From Squalus acanthias (taxonomy: Eukaryota), in the NCBI GenBank assembly GCA_030390025.1, contig CM059433.1, positions 24,678,001 through 24,742,000 on the forward strand: a DNA stretch of 64,000 bases. The letters run 5' to 3'. Within the stretch, counting starts at the first letter, position 1; every line of letters begins with the position of its first letter. The notes under the pieces were generated by a model. The model had not been told where the DNA came from and made no database searches. It saw only the letters and a program-made list of their open reading frames with translations. Below are positions 13,791-26,164 of this stretch, piece after piece. The translations under genes were made by a program, and so were the position numbers.

Positions 13791-14349
13791 GCCATCGGAG
13801 ATGGAGGATGTGTTGATTGCTCTTTTAACGGCAATGGAGGGAGTCATGTTGTGCTGCTGTTTAGTATGTAGCAAATCTTCACATTTATACTGCACAAGGT
13901 GCTGATTGACCGTCTCTGACTGCCGGTGAGAGTTCCAACAACAAAAGAGCTGTTGCCGCAGTTGGGTTATTTTTGTCATTAGAAGTTGACGAGCAGCTTC
14001 CTGAGGTGGCAGGTCTGTCCTTTTACTCTTTCTGCAGCGGGCTGTATGTGCAGCTGATAGTCAGCTCGCATTGGCCAACACTACCTCTTCCAGTTTGTTG
14101 TGCTCCTGGCGCCAGACGTAACACTTCTGTGAAATGTAACGGTGTTACACTGCATGTTTGGTACAGAAGATCTGTATCAGCACCAAACATGCAGTATGAC
14201 TAGAGTTCAGTATTGTATAGTCTTGTATAAACAGTGTGTTTTTGGTGCACTTTGAAGTCTCGCAGTAGAGACTGCTGATGCTTTGACCATTTGTTTGGAA
14301 GGATAGCTAGTTATACAGAGTACTGTTACCAAGTATATGACTAATTTAA

Positions 14350-14445
<96 letters not shown>

Positions 14446-15375
14446 TAAAAAGAACCACAATACAGGAGCAAGTATGCCTCATTGTAACTTTCATCGCACA
14501 TTGTTTTAGTCTGAGCTGTTTGCTGCTAGATATTAAAAGCTGCCATTGATTAAGTACAATATTATTTGCATAACTAAAAATAAAGTAACTTTTATGCATT
14601 TGTAGCATTAGCATTTTGGTTATTAAGGCCAATTTATGCAAAACTTTATGAAACGGGTGAGCAAACTCTTGAGGTCTTCATTTTTTTGAAACATAAATCG
14701 TGACCTGGTGTTTTGTAAATGATCAGTGTTAGTGGTTTGGTAAAAGCTATGACAATGGAAGGTAGTGTGGAGCTCTGCAGTCTAACATGTCTTGTATCTT
14801 TACAGAACTGGAATTGTCTATAATGGATCCACCTCCTATTTCATTTGCCTTGTAGATTCCCCAGGGATATATTGTAGAGAATATTTTGGATAGATGATGG
14901 AGATTGCAGAGTCGCTAACAGATGTCTTAAATTTATGGATTTTTTAAAACTAAAGTTGGGCATTTGGTTACCAAGGCATTTTATATAATATGAACAAGCC
15001 CTCAGCCTTGACAGACTCAGATTTATAGGCTCATTATGCATGTGTGTGTGACACACATTTTCTGACATGACTGACAAAACTTTGGAATGTAGCAGTTGAC
15101 TAAAAAGTCCTGCACTTCAGATTATCATCCAAAAATGACATTTTGAAGGAATACTCCTGAAGAAAAGTATATATAATTATGTGCAATTATGGGTGCCCTC
15201 CCGTTGAATGGCCATTTTCTGTACCAGAGGGATCAGAAAGAAGCAACAAGGATAAATCTAGGTCTTGGGCCTGTAAATTATGAGGAGACCCCTGTTGCAG
15301 AAGTGAACTTGTTTATACTGGAGAAAAGATTCAGAGGATACGATGGCGAGTGTCAAATTCTGAGGGGAATGCATG

Positions 15376-16800
15376 AATAGAATCATAGAATCTTACAACA
15401 CAGAAGGAAGCCATTCGGCCCACCGTGCCTGTGCTGGCTCTTAGAGCAGTCATGCTTGGTCCCACATCCTTGCTTTTTGTCCGGAACCCTGTAATACCTC
15501 ATCCTCAAGTACCTGTCCAACTCCCTTTTAAAATTATTTATGGAATTGGCTTCCACTACCTTCTCAGGTAGAGCATTCCAGATCCCAACCACCCTGAGTG
15601 GGGGAAAAAAAATTCTCCCCTCTAATGATTTTGAATCTATGACCTTTGGTTATTGACCCACTTGCCAGAGGGAATAATTTTTCTTTCTCTCCTCTCAAAT
15701 TCTCTCATCATCTTGAAAACCTCTATTAGGTCACCTCTTCACCTTCTATGTTCCAAGAACAACAGTCCTAACTTTTCCAACCTCTCCTCATAACTGAAGT
15801 CCCTCATTCCTGGTAAACCACCTCTGTGCCCTTTCTAAGGCCTTTACATCTTTCCTAAAGTGTGGTGTCCAGAATTGTCCACAATACTCCAGCTGAGGCC
15901 GAACCAGTGATTTATAAAATTCTAGCATGATCTCTTTTTGCTTTTATATTCTATTCCTCTATTTATAAACCCAAGTGACCCATATGCTTTTTTAACCACC
16001 TTATCAACTTGCCCTGCCACCTTTAAGGATTTGTGTACATGGACACCAAGGTCTCTCTACTCATAAACTTTTCAAAATAGTGCCATTTATAGTATACTGT
16101 CATTCCATATTAGTCCTCCCAAAGCGCATCACTTCATACTTCTCCGCATTGAGCTCCATCTGCCATGCTTCTGTCCATTTCACCAGCCTGTCTGTCATCC
16201 TGAAGTCTACAACTATCCTCATCACTATCTACTACGTTGCCAAGTTTCGTACCATCTGCAAACTCTATAGTGCGGCTCCCTACACCTGAGTCTAGGTCGT
16301 TTATAAAAATTAAAAGGAGCAATGGGCCCAAAACTAGCCCTTGGGGAACACCACTGCAATCTACCTCCCAGTCTGAAAAACACCCATCCACCACCACCCT
16401 TTGCTTCCTGTCACTGAGCCAATTTTGTATCCGTATCACAACTTTTCTCTTACTTCCATGGGCTTCCATCTTCTTAATAAGCCTCCTGTGTGGCACTTTG
16501 TCGAATGCCTTCCGAAAGTCCATATAAACATCTACTGCACCACCTTGATCCACTTTCTCTGTTACCTCACCAAAGAATTCAATCAAGTTAGTCAGACATG
16601 ATTTTCCTTTAACAAATCCATGCTGGCTCTATTGATTAACCGGTGCCTTTTCAATGAAAGTTTATTTTGTCCATGATGATGGTTTCCAATAACTTCCCCA
16701 CCATGGATGTTACACTGACTGCCCTATAGCTTCCTGGTTTATCCCTCTCCCCTTTCTTGAATAGTGGTATAACATTAGCAACCCTCCAGTCTTCTGGCAC
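15376..16800 (-). mobile_element. CR1 LINE 3' half, decayed
   Basis: YMDFRKAFDKVPH, SGVPQGLVLGPLL, FADGTKL RT motifs; atagaatcatagaatc tail. Confidence 0.9.
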
Positions 16801-16893
16801 ATGAAGATTTCCCTTTCGGTTCTTAGTAGGCCCAACTTTTTCTCTAGATAACCGCTTACGCTTTATATGCTTAAATGTTTTAAGGTTCAATTT

Positions 16894-18260
16894 AATCATA
16901 GAATAGTACAGCGCAGTAGGAGGCCATCTGACCCATCGAGTCTGCGCCAGCTCTTTCGAAGAGCAATCCAGTTAGTCCCACTCCCCTGCTCTTTTTCCGT
17001 ATCCCTGCAATTTTTTCTCCTTCAAGTATTTATCCAATTCCCTTTTTACGTGGATCTGAATCTGTAAAATTGCTCTTGAATCTGTACCCACCACCCTATC
17101 TGGCAGTACGTTCCAAATCCTAATCACTCGCTGCGTAAAAAGAAGTTTTTCCTCATGTCGCCTCTGGTTCTTTTGCCAATCACCTTAAATCTCTGCCCTT
17201 TGGTTAGCGACCCTACAGCCATTGGAAACAGTTTCTCTTTATTTACTCTATCCAAACCCTTCATGATTTTAAATGCCTCTCTCAAATCTCCCCTTCTCTG
17301 CTCCAAGGAGAACAACCCCAGTTTCTCTAGTCTATCCACGTAACTGTAATCCCTCATCCCTCGAACCATTCTAGTAAATCTCTTCTGTGCCCTCTCCAAA
17401 GCCTTCACGTCCATCGTAAAGTGTGGTGCCCAGAATTGGACACAATACTTCAGCTGGGGCCGAACTAGTGTTTTATATAAGTTTAGTATAACTTCCTGGC
17501 TTTTGTACTCTGCCTCTATTAATAAAGCCCAGGGATCCCATATGCTTTATTAACTCCAGCACAAAAGCAAAATACTGCAGATGCTGGAAATCTGAAATAA
17601 AAACAGAAAATGCTGGAAATACTCAGCAGGTCAGGCAGCAGCTGTGGAGAGAGAAACAGAGTTAATGTTTTGGGTCGATGACCCTTCGTCAGCTTTATTA
17701 ATGGCTTTGCTAACCTGTCCTGCTACCTTCAAAGATTTGTGCACAAACACCACCAAGTCTCTCTGTTCTTACACCCCTTTTAAAATTGAACCATTTAATA
17801 TATATGGTCTCTCCTCATTCTTCCTACCAAAATGTATCACCTCACACTTTACTGCATTGAATTTCATCTGCCATGTGTCCGCCCATTCCACCAGCTTGTC
17901 TGTCTGTCTTGAAGTCTATTACTATCTTCCTCGCTGTTTACAACACTTCCAAGTTTCGTGTCATCTGCAAATTTCGAAAATGTGCCCTGTACCCACAAGT
18001 CATTAATGTATATCAAAAACAACAGCGGTTCTCGTACTGAACCCTGGGGAAAAACAGCCATTCACTGCAACTCTGTTTTCTATTCCATAGTCAATTTTGT
18101 ATCATGCTGCTACTGCCACTTTTATCCCACGGGCTTCAATTTTGCTAACAAGTGTAATATGTGTTACTTTTATCATATATACACAACATCAATTGCACTG
18201 CCCTCATCCATCTTCTGTTACCTCATCAAAAATCTCAATCAAGTTAGTCAAACACGATTT
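16894..18260 (-). mobile_element. CR1 LINE 3' half, decayed, interrupted by a PLE fragment
   Basis: ALERAQKRFTRMVRGMRDYSYVDRLEKLGLFSLE; FADDTKL; tail aatcatagaatag. Confidence 0.9.
17554..17691 (-). mobile_element. PLE terminal fragment (family B) nested in CR1, 10-bp TSD, degenerate hammerhead
   Basis: gctttattaa at 17544-17553 and 17692-17701; minus strand CTGACGA-A-GGGTC-ATC-GACCC-AAAACATT (GAAACGTT decayed). Confidence 0.8.
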
Positions 18261-19125
18261 TAATGTTGCCTGCTAATCTTTTCTTGTAACCTCTCTTTGC
18301 CTCCCGTATTAACTTTTTCAATTCCCTCTTGTACTTTACATAATCTTCCTGGTTATTAACTGAATCTTGCTCCTGACATTTGTCATAAGCCTCCTTTTTC
18401 TGTTTTATTTTAACTTTTATTTCCTTTCATCCACGGTGAATTAGCTTTGGATGCTCTACCTGATCCCTTCAAAGGAATATATCTAGTTTGTACCTGAACT
18501 ATCTCTTCCCTGAATGTTCTCCATTGCTCCGTTACTGCTTTACCCTGCAATCGCCTTTTCCAATCTACCTGTGCTAGGTCCCTTAAATTACTGAAATTAG
18601 CTCTTCCCCAGTTGAGCATTTTTACCTTTGATAGTTTATGGTCTCTTTCCACAAATACTTTAAACTGAATTATGTTGTGGTCACTGTTAGCTAGATGATC
18701 TCCGACTGTAACACACTCCACTTGTCCTACTTCATTTCCCAGAACCAGATCCAACACTGCTTCCTTCCTTGTTGGACTGGAGACATATTGATTGAGAAAG
18801 TTCTCCTGTACACGTATCAGAAATTCATCTCCTTCTTTACACTTAGCACTATGTTTTTCCCAGCCTATTTAGGATAATTAAAGTCTCCTAATATTACTAC
18901 TCTATTTTTGTTACACGCCTTTGAAATTTGCTGACAAATTTGCTCATCTATCTGCTTCTCACTGTTGGCTTCCAACAATGTAACAATGTTCCTCAACTCA
19001 AGCCAAATCGATTCAATCCTAGCATCATCTAGTATATCCTTTCTATTTAGAACCATAACATCATCCTTAATCAACACTGCCTCGCCCCCTCCTCCTTTTC
19101 CTTCTCTTTCATTCTTAAATACTTG
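18261..19125 (-). mobile_element. CR1 LINE endonuclease/linker fragment
   Basis: VVILGDFNYP, LDLVLGNE, HLANSDHN endonuclease motifs in ORFs 18865-19188 and 18410-18757. Confidence 0.85.
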
Positions 19126-19508
19126 GTAAATAAAGAGATTAAGAAGGCTATTTAATTTAAAATGTGAGCACAGAACTGGAGGGAACAACTACAGTACTGA
19201 AAAGCTTTAAATAAGTAGTCTGAGGAGCTGGGAAACGCAAAACTGAGGTATTCTAGTGCCACCCACCAGCGGGAGCATGTAACTATAGTGTGACGGGTTT
19301 ACATTACAAATGTGGACAATTGTATTTATAATGAAACGTGTTAACACAAGTGTTGACAAATGTGACAACAGGAAGTAAGATTTTGTAGAGAGGAAGTGCG
19401 TGCAGATGTAAGCCTTGTAATACATTATGTAGATGAGGTGTATTAAAGCTCTACACCCAAACCCACTAATAGCTGATGTGTGCAGAACATTACAGTGATG
19501 CTTGATAA

Positions 19509-19610
<102 letters not shown>

Positions 19611-19799
19611 TAAGTTTAATTGCTTTCACAGTGGAGTTTCTCAACTCTCAGATGCACAGTTTAGAAATGATCAAATAAATTTGCAGATATTATTTGTTTC
19701 TTAGTATATAGTTATAGCGATAAAATTGTTACCTCCATACACTGCAAAATAGCTAAAAGGAACTAACTGGCAGTAGCCACAATGCATAAGTATTTTTGG

Positions 19800-21485
19800 C
19801 TTTCGAAAAAAAGTGTGGGGCCGATGAGGTACCAAAAAGAAAATCTTCTTGTGGAGGCAGAGGGCATGGCTGAGGTATGAAATGAGTACTTTACATCTGT
19901 CTTCACTAAAGAGGAGGATGCTAATGTCACAGTAAAGGAGGAGGGGATAGAAAAATTGGATGGGATAAAACTAGATAAAGAGGAGGTACTTAAATGGCTG
20001 TCAGTGCTCAAAGTAGAAAAGTCACCCAGTCCAGATAGGATGCATCCTAGGTTGCTGAGGGAAGTAAGGATGAAAATAGCAGAAGCTTTGGCCACAATCT
20101 TTCAATTCTCCTTGGATACAAGAGTGGTGCCAGAGGACTGGAGGGTTGCAAATGTTACACCCCTGTTCAAGAAAGAGGAGAGGGATAAACCTGGTAACTA
20201 CAGGCTTGTCAGCCTAATGTTGGTGGTGGGGAAATTCTTGGAGATCATAGTCTGGAAGAAAATTAATTGTCACTTGGAAAAACGTGGGTTATTAAATAAC
20301 AGCCAACATGGATTTGTTAAGCGCAAGTAGTGTCTGACAAACTTGAGTTCTTTAATTAAATAACGGAGAGGGTTGATGACGGTAGTGCAGTTGACATTGT
20401 GTATGTGGACTTTCAGAAGGTATTTGATAAAGTGCCACATAATAGACTTTTTCGCAAAATTGGAGCCCATGAATATGAAATTGGCTAAGGCAGAGAGTAG
20501 TGGTGAACGGTTGTTTATCAGATTGGAGGGAAGTATACAGTGGTGTCCCCAGGGCTCGGTATTAGGACTGCTGTTCTTTTTGATGTATATCAATGACCTG
20601 GACTTGGGTATAGGGGGCATAATTTCAAAGTTTGCCGATGAGACCAAGCTTGAAAATATAGTAAACAGTGAGGTGGATAGTAGCAAGCTTCAGGAGGACA
20701 TGGGCAGACACATGACTGATTAAATTTAATGCAGAGAATTGTGAAGTGATGTATTTTGGTAGGGAAAATGAGGAGAGGCAATAGGATTAAATGGTAAAAT
20801 TTTAAAGGGATTTCAGGAACAGAGAGACGTGGGGGTTCATGTACACAAATCTTTGAAGGTTTTAGGACAAGTTGATAAAGCTGTTAAAATGCATACAAGA
20901 TCCTTGGCTTTATAAATCGAGGCATAGAGTACAAAAGCAAGCAAGTTATGGTAAACATTCATAAATCACAGGTTAGGCCTCAGCTGGAGTATTTTCCAAT
21001 TCTGAGCACCACGCTTGAGGCTTTGGAGAGTGAGCTTAGGAAATTTACCAGAATGGTACCAGGGATGAGTGACTTCAGTTCTGTGGAGAGACTAGAGAAG
21101 CTGGGACTGTTCTCCTCTTTACAGCAGAGAAGGCAAAGGGGAGATTTAATAGAGACGTTCAAAAGTATGAGGGGTTTTGATCGAGTAGATAGGGAGAAAC
21201 TGTTTCCACTGGCTGGAGGGTCGGTAACCAGAGGGGACAGATTTAAGATAATTGGCAGAAACGCCAGGGGGAAATGAGAATTATTTTACGCAGGGAGTTA
21301 TGATCTGGAATACACTGCTTGGAAAGGTGGCGAAAGCAGATTCAGTAGTAACTAATAGTAAAAGGGAATTTGATAAATACTTGAAAAGGAGAATTTGCAG
21401 GGCTATGGGGGAAGAGCAGGTGAGTGGGATTAATTGGAGAGCTCTTTCAAAGAGCTGGCTCCTTCTGTGCTGCATAATTCTATGA
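19800..21485 (+). mobile_element. CR1 LINE 3' half, decayed
   Basis: KSPSPDRMHPRLLRE, PEDWRVANVTPLFKK, PQGSVLG, FADETKL; CR1 3' UTR. Confidence 0.9.
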
Positions 21486-22295
21486 CTTTCCTGCTAACTA
21501 ACAATAATTATAGTAACACTATATAGTCAAACAGTAGGCAATTATGATTTATTACTTGAGCCTAAATTTAATATTCACCCGAGTACAGCAAACAACATTA
21601 ACTGATCTCTGCATTATTTTGTAGTACAGATTTTAGAAGATTTAGGTGGTGGCGCAGATGATTTTGTGTAGCATGTTTTCTTTATTTACTATCTTTTCTA
21701 ATTACTGCTTTGTTCGTGGTATTGACATCCTTTCTGTATTGTAATAACTACTACCAGCTTGGTAGTGCGCTAGATCTGTGTTATTTCTGATGGTGATTAT
21801 TGCTTGGTAAATTACAAATAACGGCAATCTATTGAAGTGTCATACGGAGGAAGAATCGATTGAGTTATCCTATTGATAGTCTGATGGATTGTTTTGCAGC
21901 AGCCAACACTATCTTTGTGATGGGGTCACTTTGTATTTTCAAAAGTATTGTTTTAACTTTAAAAAAAAACCCAGCAAAATAAATGGCCTTTTCTGGAGTT
22001 GTGTGGCTTTCACAAAGCATTGCTGCTGTATTTGTTTTTCCATTTGTCGGAGTGTATTTAGCTTCAGGGTATATTGATGTGCCATGCAAACACGTCAGGG
22101 CCTTATGATACGCTATCTTGTGTGAACAGAATAGGAAAATGAGTTGACTCTAAAAACATGATTTTAAACATTGAGATATTTGCACAGGCATGCTTCCTAC
22201 AATATTTTGCATGCTACACTATTTCAACATGTTTGTGAAAATAATCAAATTAAGTATGTTCTCCTGCACTGTGGCCAGAATTTGTTTGAAATTTA

Positions 22296-24563
22296 GAAGA
22301 TAGGAGCAGGAGTAGGCCATTCGGCCCCTCGAGCCTGCTCCGCCATTCGATGAGATCATAGCTGATCATCCAAACTCAGTACCCTGTCCCTGCCTTCTCC
22401 CCATATCCCTTGATACCTTTAGCCTTAAGAAATATATCCAACTCCTTCTTAAATATATTTACTGACTTGGCCTCAACTGCCTTCTGTGGTAGAGAATTCC
22501 ACAGGTTCACCACTCTCTGGGTGAAGAAATTCCTCCTCATCTCTGTCCTAAATGGCTTACCCCTTATCTTTAGACTGTGACCTCTTGTTCTGGACTCACC
22601 CACCATCGGGAACATCCTTCCTGCATCCAGTCTGTCTAGCCCTGTTAGAATTTTATAAGTTTCAATGAGATCCCCTCTCATTCTTCTAAACTCCAGCGAG
22701 TATAAGCCCAATCTCTCCTCATACGTCATTCCTGCCATCCCAGGTATCAGTCTGGTGAATCTTCGCTGCACTCCCTCCAGGCAAGAACATCCTTCCTCAG
22801 CTAAGGCGACCAAACTGCACACAATACTCAAGGTGCGGTCTCACCAAGGCCCTGTACAACTGCAGCAGGACATCCCTGTTCCTATACTCAAACCCTCTCG
22901 CTACGAAGGCCAACATACCATTTGCCTTCTTAACCACCTGCTGTACCTGCATGCTTACCTTCAGCGACTGCTGCACAAGGACACCCAGGTCTCGTTGCGC
23001 TTCCCCTTCTCCCAATCTATTGCCGTTCAGATAATAATCTGCCTTCCTGTTTTTGCCACCAAAGTGGATAACCTCGCATTTATCCATATTATACTGCATC
23101 TGCCATGCATCTGCCCAATCACCCAACCTGTCCAAATCATACTGGAGTTTCTCGGCATCCTCCTCGCGGCACACACGCCCACCCAGCTTTGTGTCATCTG
23201 CAAACTTGGAGATATTACAGCTAGTTCCCTCGTCTAGATCATTAATATATATAGTGAATAGCTGGGGTCCTAGGACTGATCCCTGTGGAACCCCACTAGT
23301 CACTGCCTGCCACTCGGAAAAAGACCCGTTTATTCCAACTCTTTGCTTCCTGTCTACCAACCAGTTCTCTATCCAAGTCAGTACCTTGCCCCCAATCCCA
23401 TGTGCCTTAACTTTACACGCTAATCTCTTATGCGGGACCTTATCGAAAGCCTTCTGAAAGTCCAAATACACCACATCCACTGGTTCTCCCTTGTCTATTC
23501 TATCAGTTACATCCTCAAAAAATTCCAGTAGATTAGTCAAGCGCGATTTACCTTTTGTAAATCCATGTTGACTTTGTCCAATCCTGTCACTGTTTTCCAA
23601 GCGCTCTGCTATTACATCTTTTATAATGGTCTCTAGCATTTTCCCCACTACCGATGTCAGGCTTACCGGTCTATAATTCTCAGTTTTTTCTTTACTACCT
23701 TTTTTGAGCAGTGGGGTAATATTAGCTACCCTCCAATCCATGGGAACTGTTCCAGAGTCTATAGAATTTTGGAAGATGACCAGCAATGCATCTACTATTT
23801 CTAGGGCCACTTCCTTAAGTACCCTAGGATGTAGATTATCAGGCCCTGGGGATTTATCGGCCTTCAATGCCGTCAATTTCCCTAACACCATTTCCCTACA
23901 AATACTGATTTCATTCAGTTCCTCCCTCTCATTAGACCCTATGTTCCCCGACATCTCTGGGAGGTTATTTGTGTTCTCCTTTGTGAAGACAGAGCCAAAG
24001 TATGTATTTAATTGGTCTGCCATTTCTTTGTTCCCCATTATAAATTCCCCTGATTCTGACTGCAAGGGACCTATGCTTGACTTCACCAATCTTTTTCTCT
24101 TCACATATTTATAAAAGCTTTTACAGTCAGTTTTTATGTTCCCTGCAAGCTTACGCTCGTACTCTATTTTCCCCTTCTTAATTAATCCCTTTGTCCTCCT
24201 TTGCTGAATCCTAAACTGCTCCCAATCCTCAGGTTTACTGCTTTTTCTGGCCAATTTATATGTCCTCTCCTTGGATCTTATGCTATCCCTGATTTCCCTT
24301 GTCAGCCATGGTTGAGTCACCTTTTTTGTTTTATTTTTATGCCAGACAGGGATGAACAAATTCTGTAGTTCATCCATGCGATCTTTGAATGTTTGCCATT
24401 GCCTATCCACCGTCAACCCTTTGAGTAACATTCCCCAATCTATCCTACCCAACTCGCGCCTCATACCATCGTAGTTTCCTTTATTTAAATTCAGGACCCT
24501 AGTCTCTGAGTCAACTATTTCATTCTCCATCTTAATGAAGAATTCTATCATATTATGATCGCT
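22296..24563 (-). mobile_element. Young 5'-truncated CR1 LINE with a 584-codon uninterrupted ORF2 segment (RT domain)
   Basis: ORF 22797-24551 with [47 protein letters not shown]-terminus frameshifted into ORF 22376-22831; 3' UTR present; endonuclease absent. Confidence 0.95.
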
Positions 24564-24780
24564 CTGTTATGTACTTTTGTAACTGATTTCTTGAGACTTG
24601 GTTAGCATTGTAAACTTGTTCTTCATGGTAAGCAATGAAGACTGTTTGAAACCAGCTCTTTTGTTATTTATTGATCCCTTTTCCATGTAGTGACTTGTAT
24701 ACTACACCTTCATGTGCTTGCCAATGCCAAGTCAAAGTCTAATTAATCAACAGTTATCTTCAGAAAAGTTAGAAAATCAT

Positions 24781-25230
24781 TGGAGGATTGGTGGGGTAGT
24801 GGGCTAGCAAAATGGCCTTTCACCTCTTGAGACCTAGTTTGAATACACCACAGATTGTTGGGATGAAAACCTTCTCTCCCGACTGTAAGGATCTGATTTG
24901 TAATGAGTTTGGGGCAGTGCTGATCTGGTTCCGAGCGAGTGTGGTCTCGGCAAAAAATTGCTCCCAATTTGGAGCAAAATGAGAAACCTCAATCAAATAA
25001 CAGGATAGATGATGTGGGGAGTGTAAAGATTTCCACTGGTGCAGCAAGGAGTGCTCTTTTGAAGTCGCCATTAAGGCACATTGTTGAGGTAGAATAGTAG
25101 GAGCTTTATGGTGCATTTGATTGTGTTATGTTTGACCTGCGAGTGGAGGATGCTGATACTGGGTGTCTGAAATGGGATATGGTCTATTCTCCACCACTAA
25201 CATCCTTTTACCTTTGAGCATAAAAATGCA
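24781..25230 (+). mobile_element. Old LF-SINE-like element
   Basis: gcctttcacctct head motif and aatgagtttggggcag body recalled from LF-SINE; 3' part also resembles ~1090-1190. Confidence 0.5.
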
Positions 25231-25724
25231 CCAAAATAGAAAGGAGTGAGGACAGATAAATTAACTTGGCACAAACTTGGGATTGAGCCTGGGACATTCC
25301 TAATACTCAGGTGTTCATTGCTGAACCATTGGAGCAGCGGTGTCGATTGTTACTGAAGGATTTGTTACATTTATCTAAGGATGATTGCAGTCCTTTGATA
25401 ACTGCCTTCCTGTTTAGTTTCCCTCTCTGATTTCTGTTCTCAGATAATTGGAAGCTGAATTAAGTTTTACAGATGTGGCGGTCATGGCATGATATGCCGT
25501 TGTCTCAGTTGATGTATAATTTCTCATTTCTGTAAAGCTACTGTTTTGTAGAACCTAGTCACGAGATGCTTGAAATAATGCAAAACAGTGCATCCATTTC
25601 CCCATATTTCTGAAACCTAAGCCTTTATCCTGTCCATACCTTGATCAGTTTTGGGAATTCCCAATGTGACATTGGAATACTGTAATTGTCCCTGCATAAA
25701 GTATCAGCTTTGTTCTCGTCTCCG

Positions 25725-25973
25725 GCTGTGAGCCTTGTACCAGCACTTGAGTGCATAAGCCATTGCAGTAATGAGGGATTGGTGCATTGTAGGAGGTGAC
25801 GTCCTTTGCATAAGATGACATCTATAGTTCTCGTCTGCTTGTTCCGATGGTTCAGATGGTTGTAAAAGATCCCATGGCGCTATTTACAGACGGCTTTCTC
25901 AGTGTCCTGGCGAACATTCCTCATTTGTGAGCAATTGCTGGTGCAGAATGTCTGCTGAGCTTGCCCAAGTAAC
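25725..25973 (+). mobile_element. Degenerate SacSINE1/DeuSINE-like fragment
   Basis: gtaaaagatcccatggcgctattt and gtgtcctggcgaacatt motifs shared with 36521-36937 and 39690-40135. Confidence 0.6.
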
Positions 25974-26164
25974 AACAGAAAATGCTCGAAACACTTAGCA
26001 GGTCAGGTGGCATCTGTGGAGAGAGAAACGGGGTTAACGTTTCAGAATTTCTGATGAAGGGTCATCGACCTGAAACGTTAACGCTGTTTCTCCCTCCACG
26101 GATGCTGTCTGACCTGCTGAGTGTTTGCAGCATTTTCTGTTTTTATTTGATTTCCAGCATCTGC
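25974..26164 (+). mobile_element. PLE-derived inverted terminal unit (family B) with tail
   Basis: 25974-26045 is an imperfect reverse complement of ~26070-26142, followed by tail ttttatttgatttccagcatctgc. Confidence 0.8.
26049..26082 (+). ncRNA. Minimal type I hammerhead ribozyme motif (PLE-type)
   Basis: CTGATGA (26051-26057), A, stem II GGGTC/GACCT with ATC loop, GAA, palindromic ACGT helix III, cleavage triplet GUU; stem I only 2 bp here. Confidence 0.6.

Noticed and set aside
22665..24114. Plus-strand ORFs of 134-190 aa as host genes
   Set aside because: They are antisense shadows of the CR1 ORF2 and recur in other CR1 copies.
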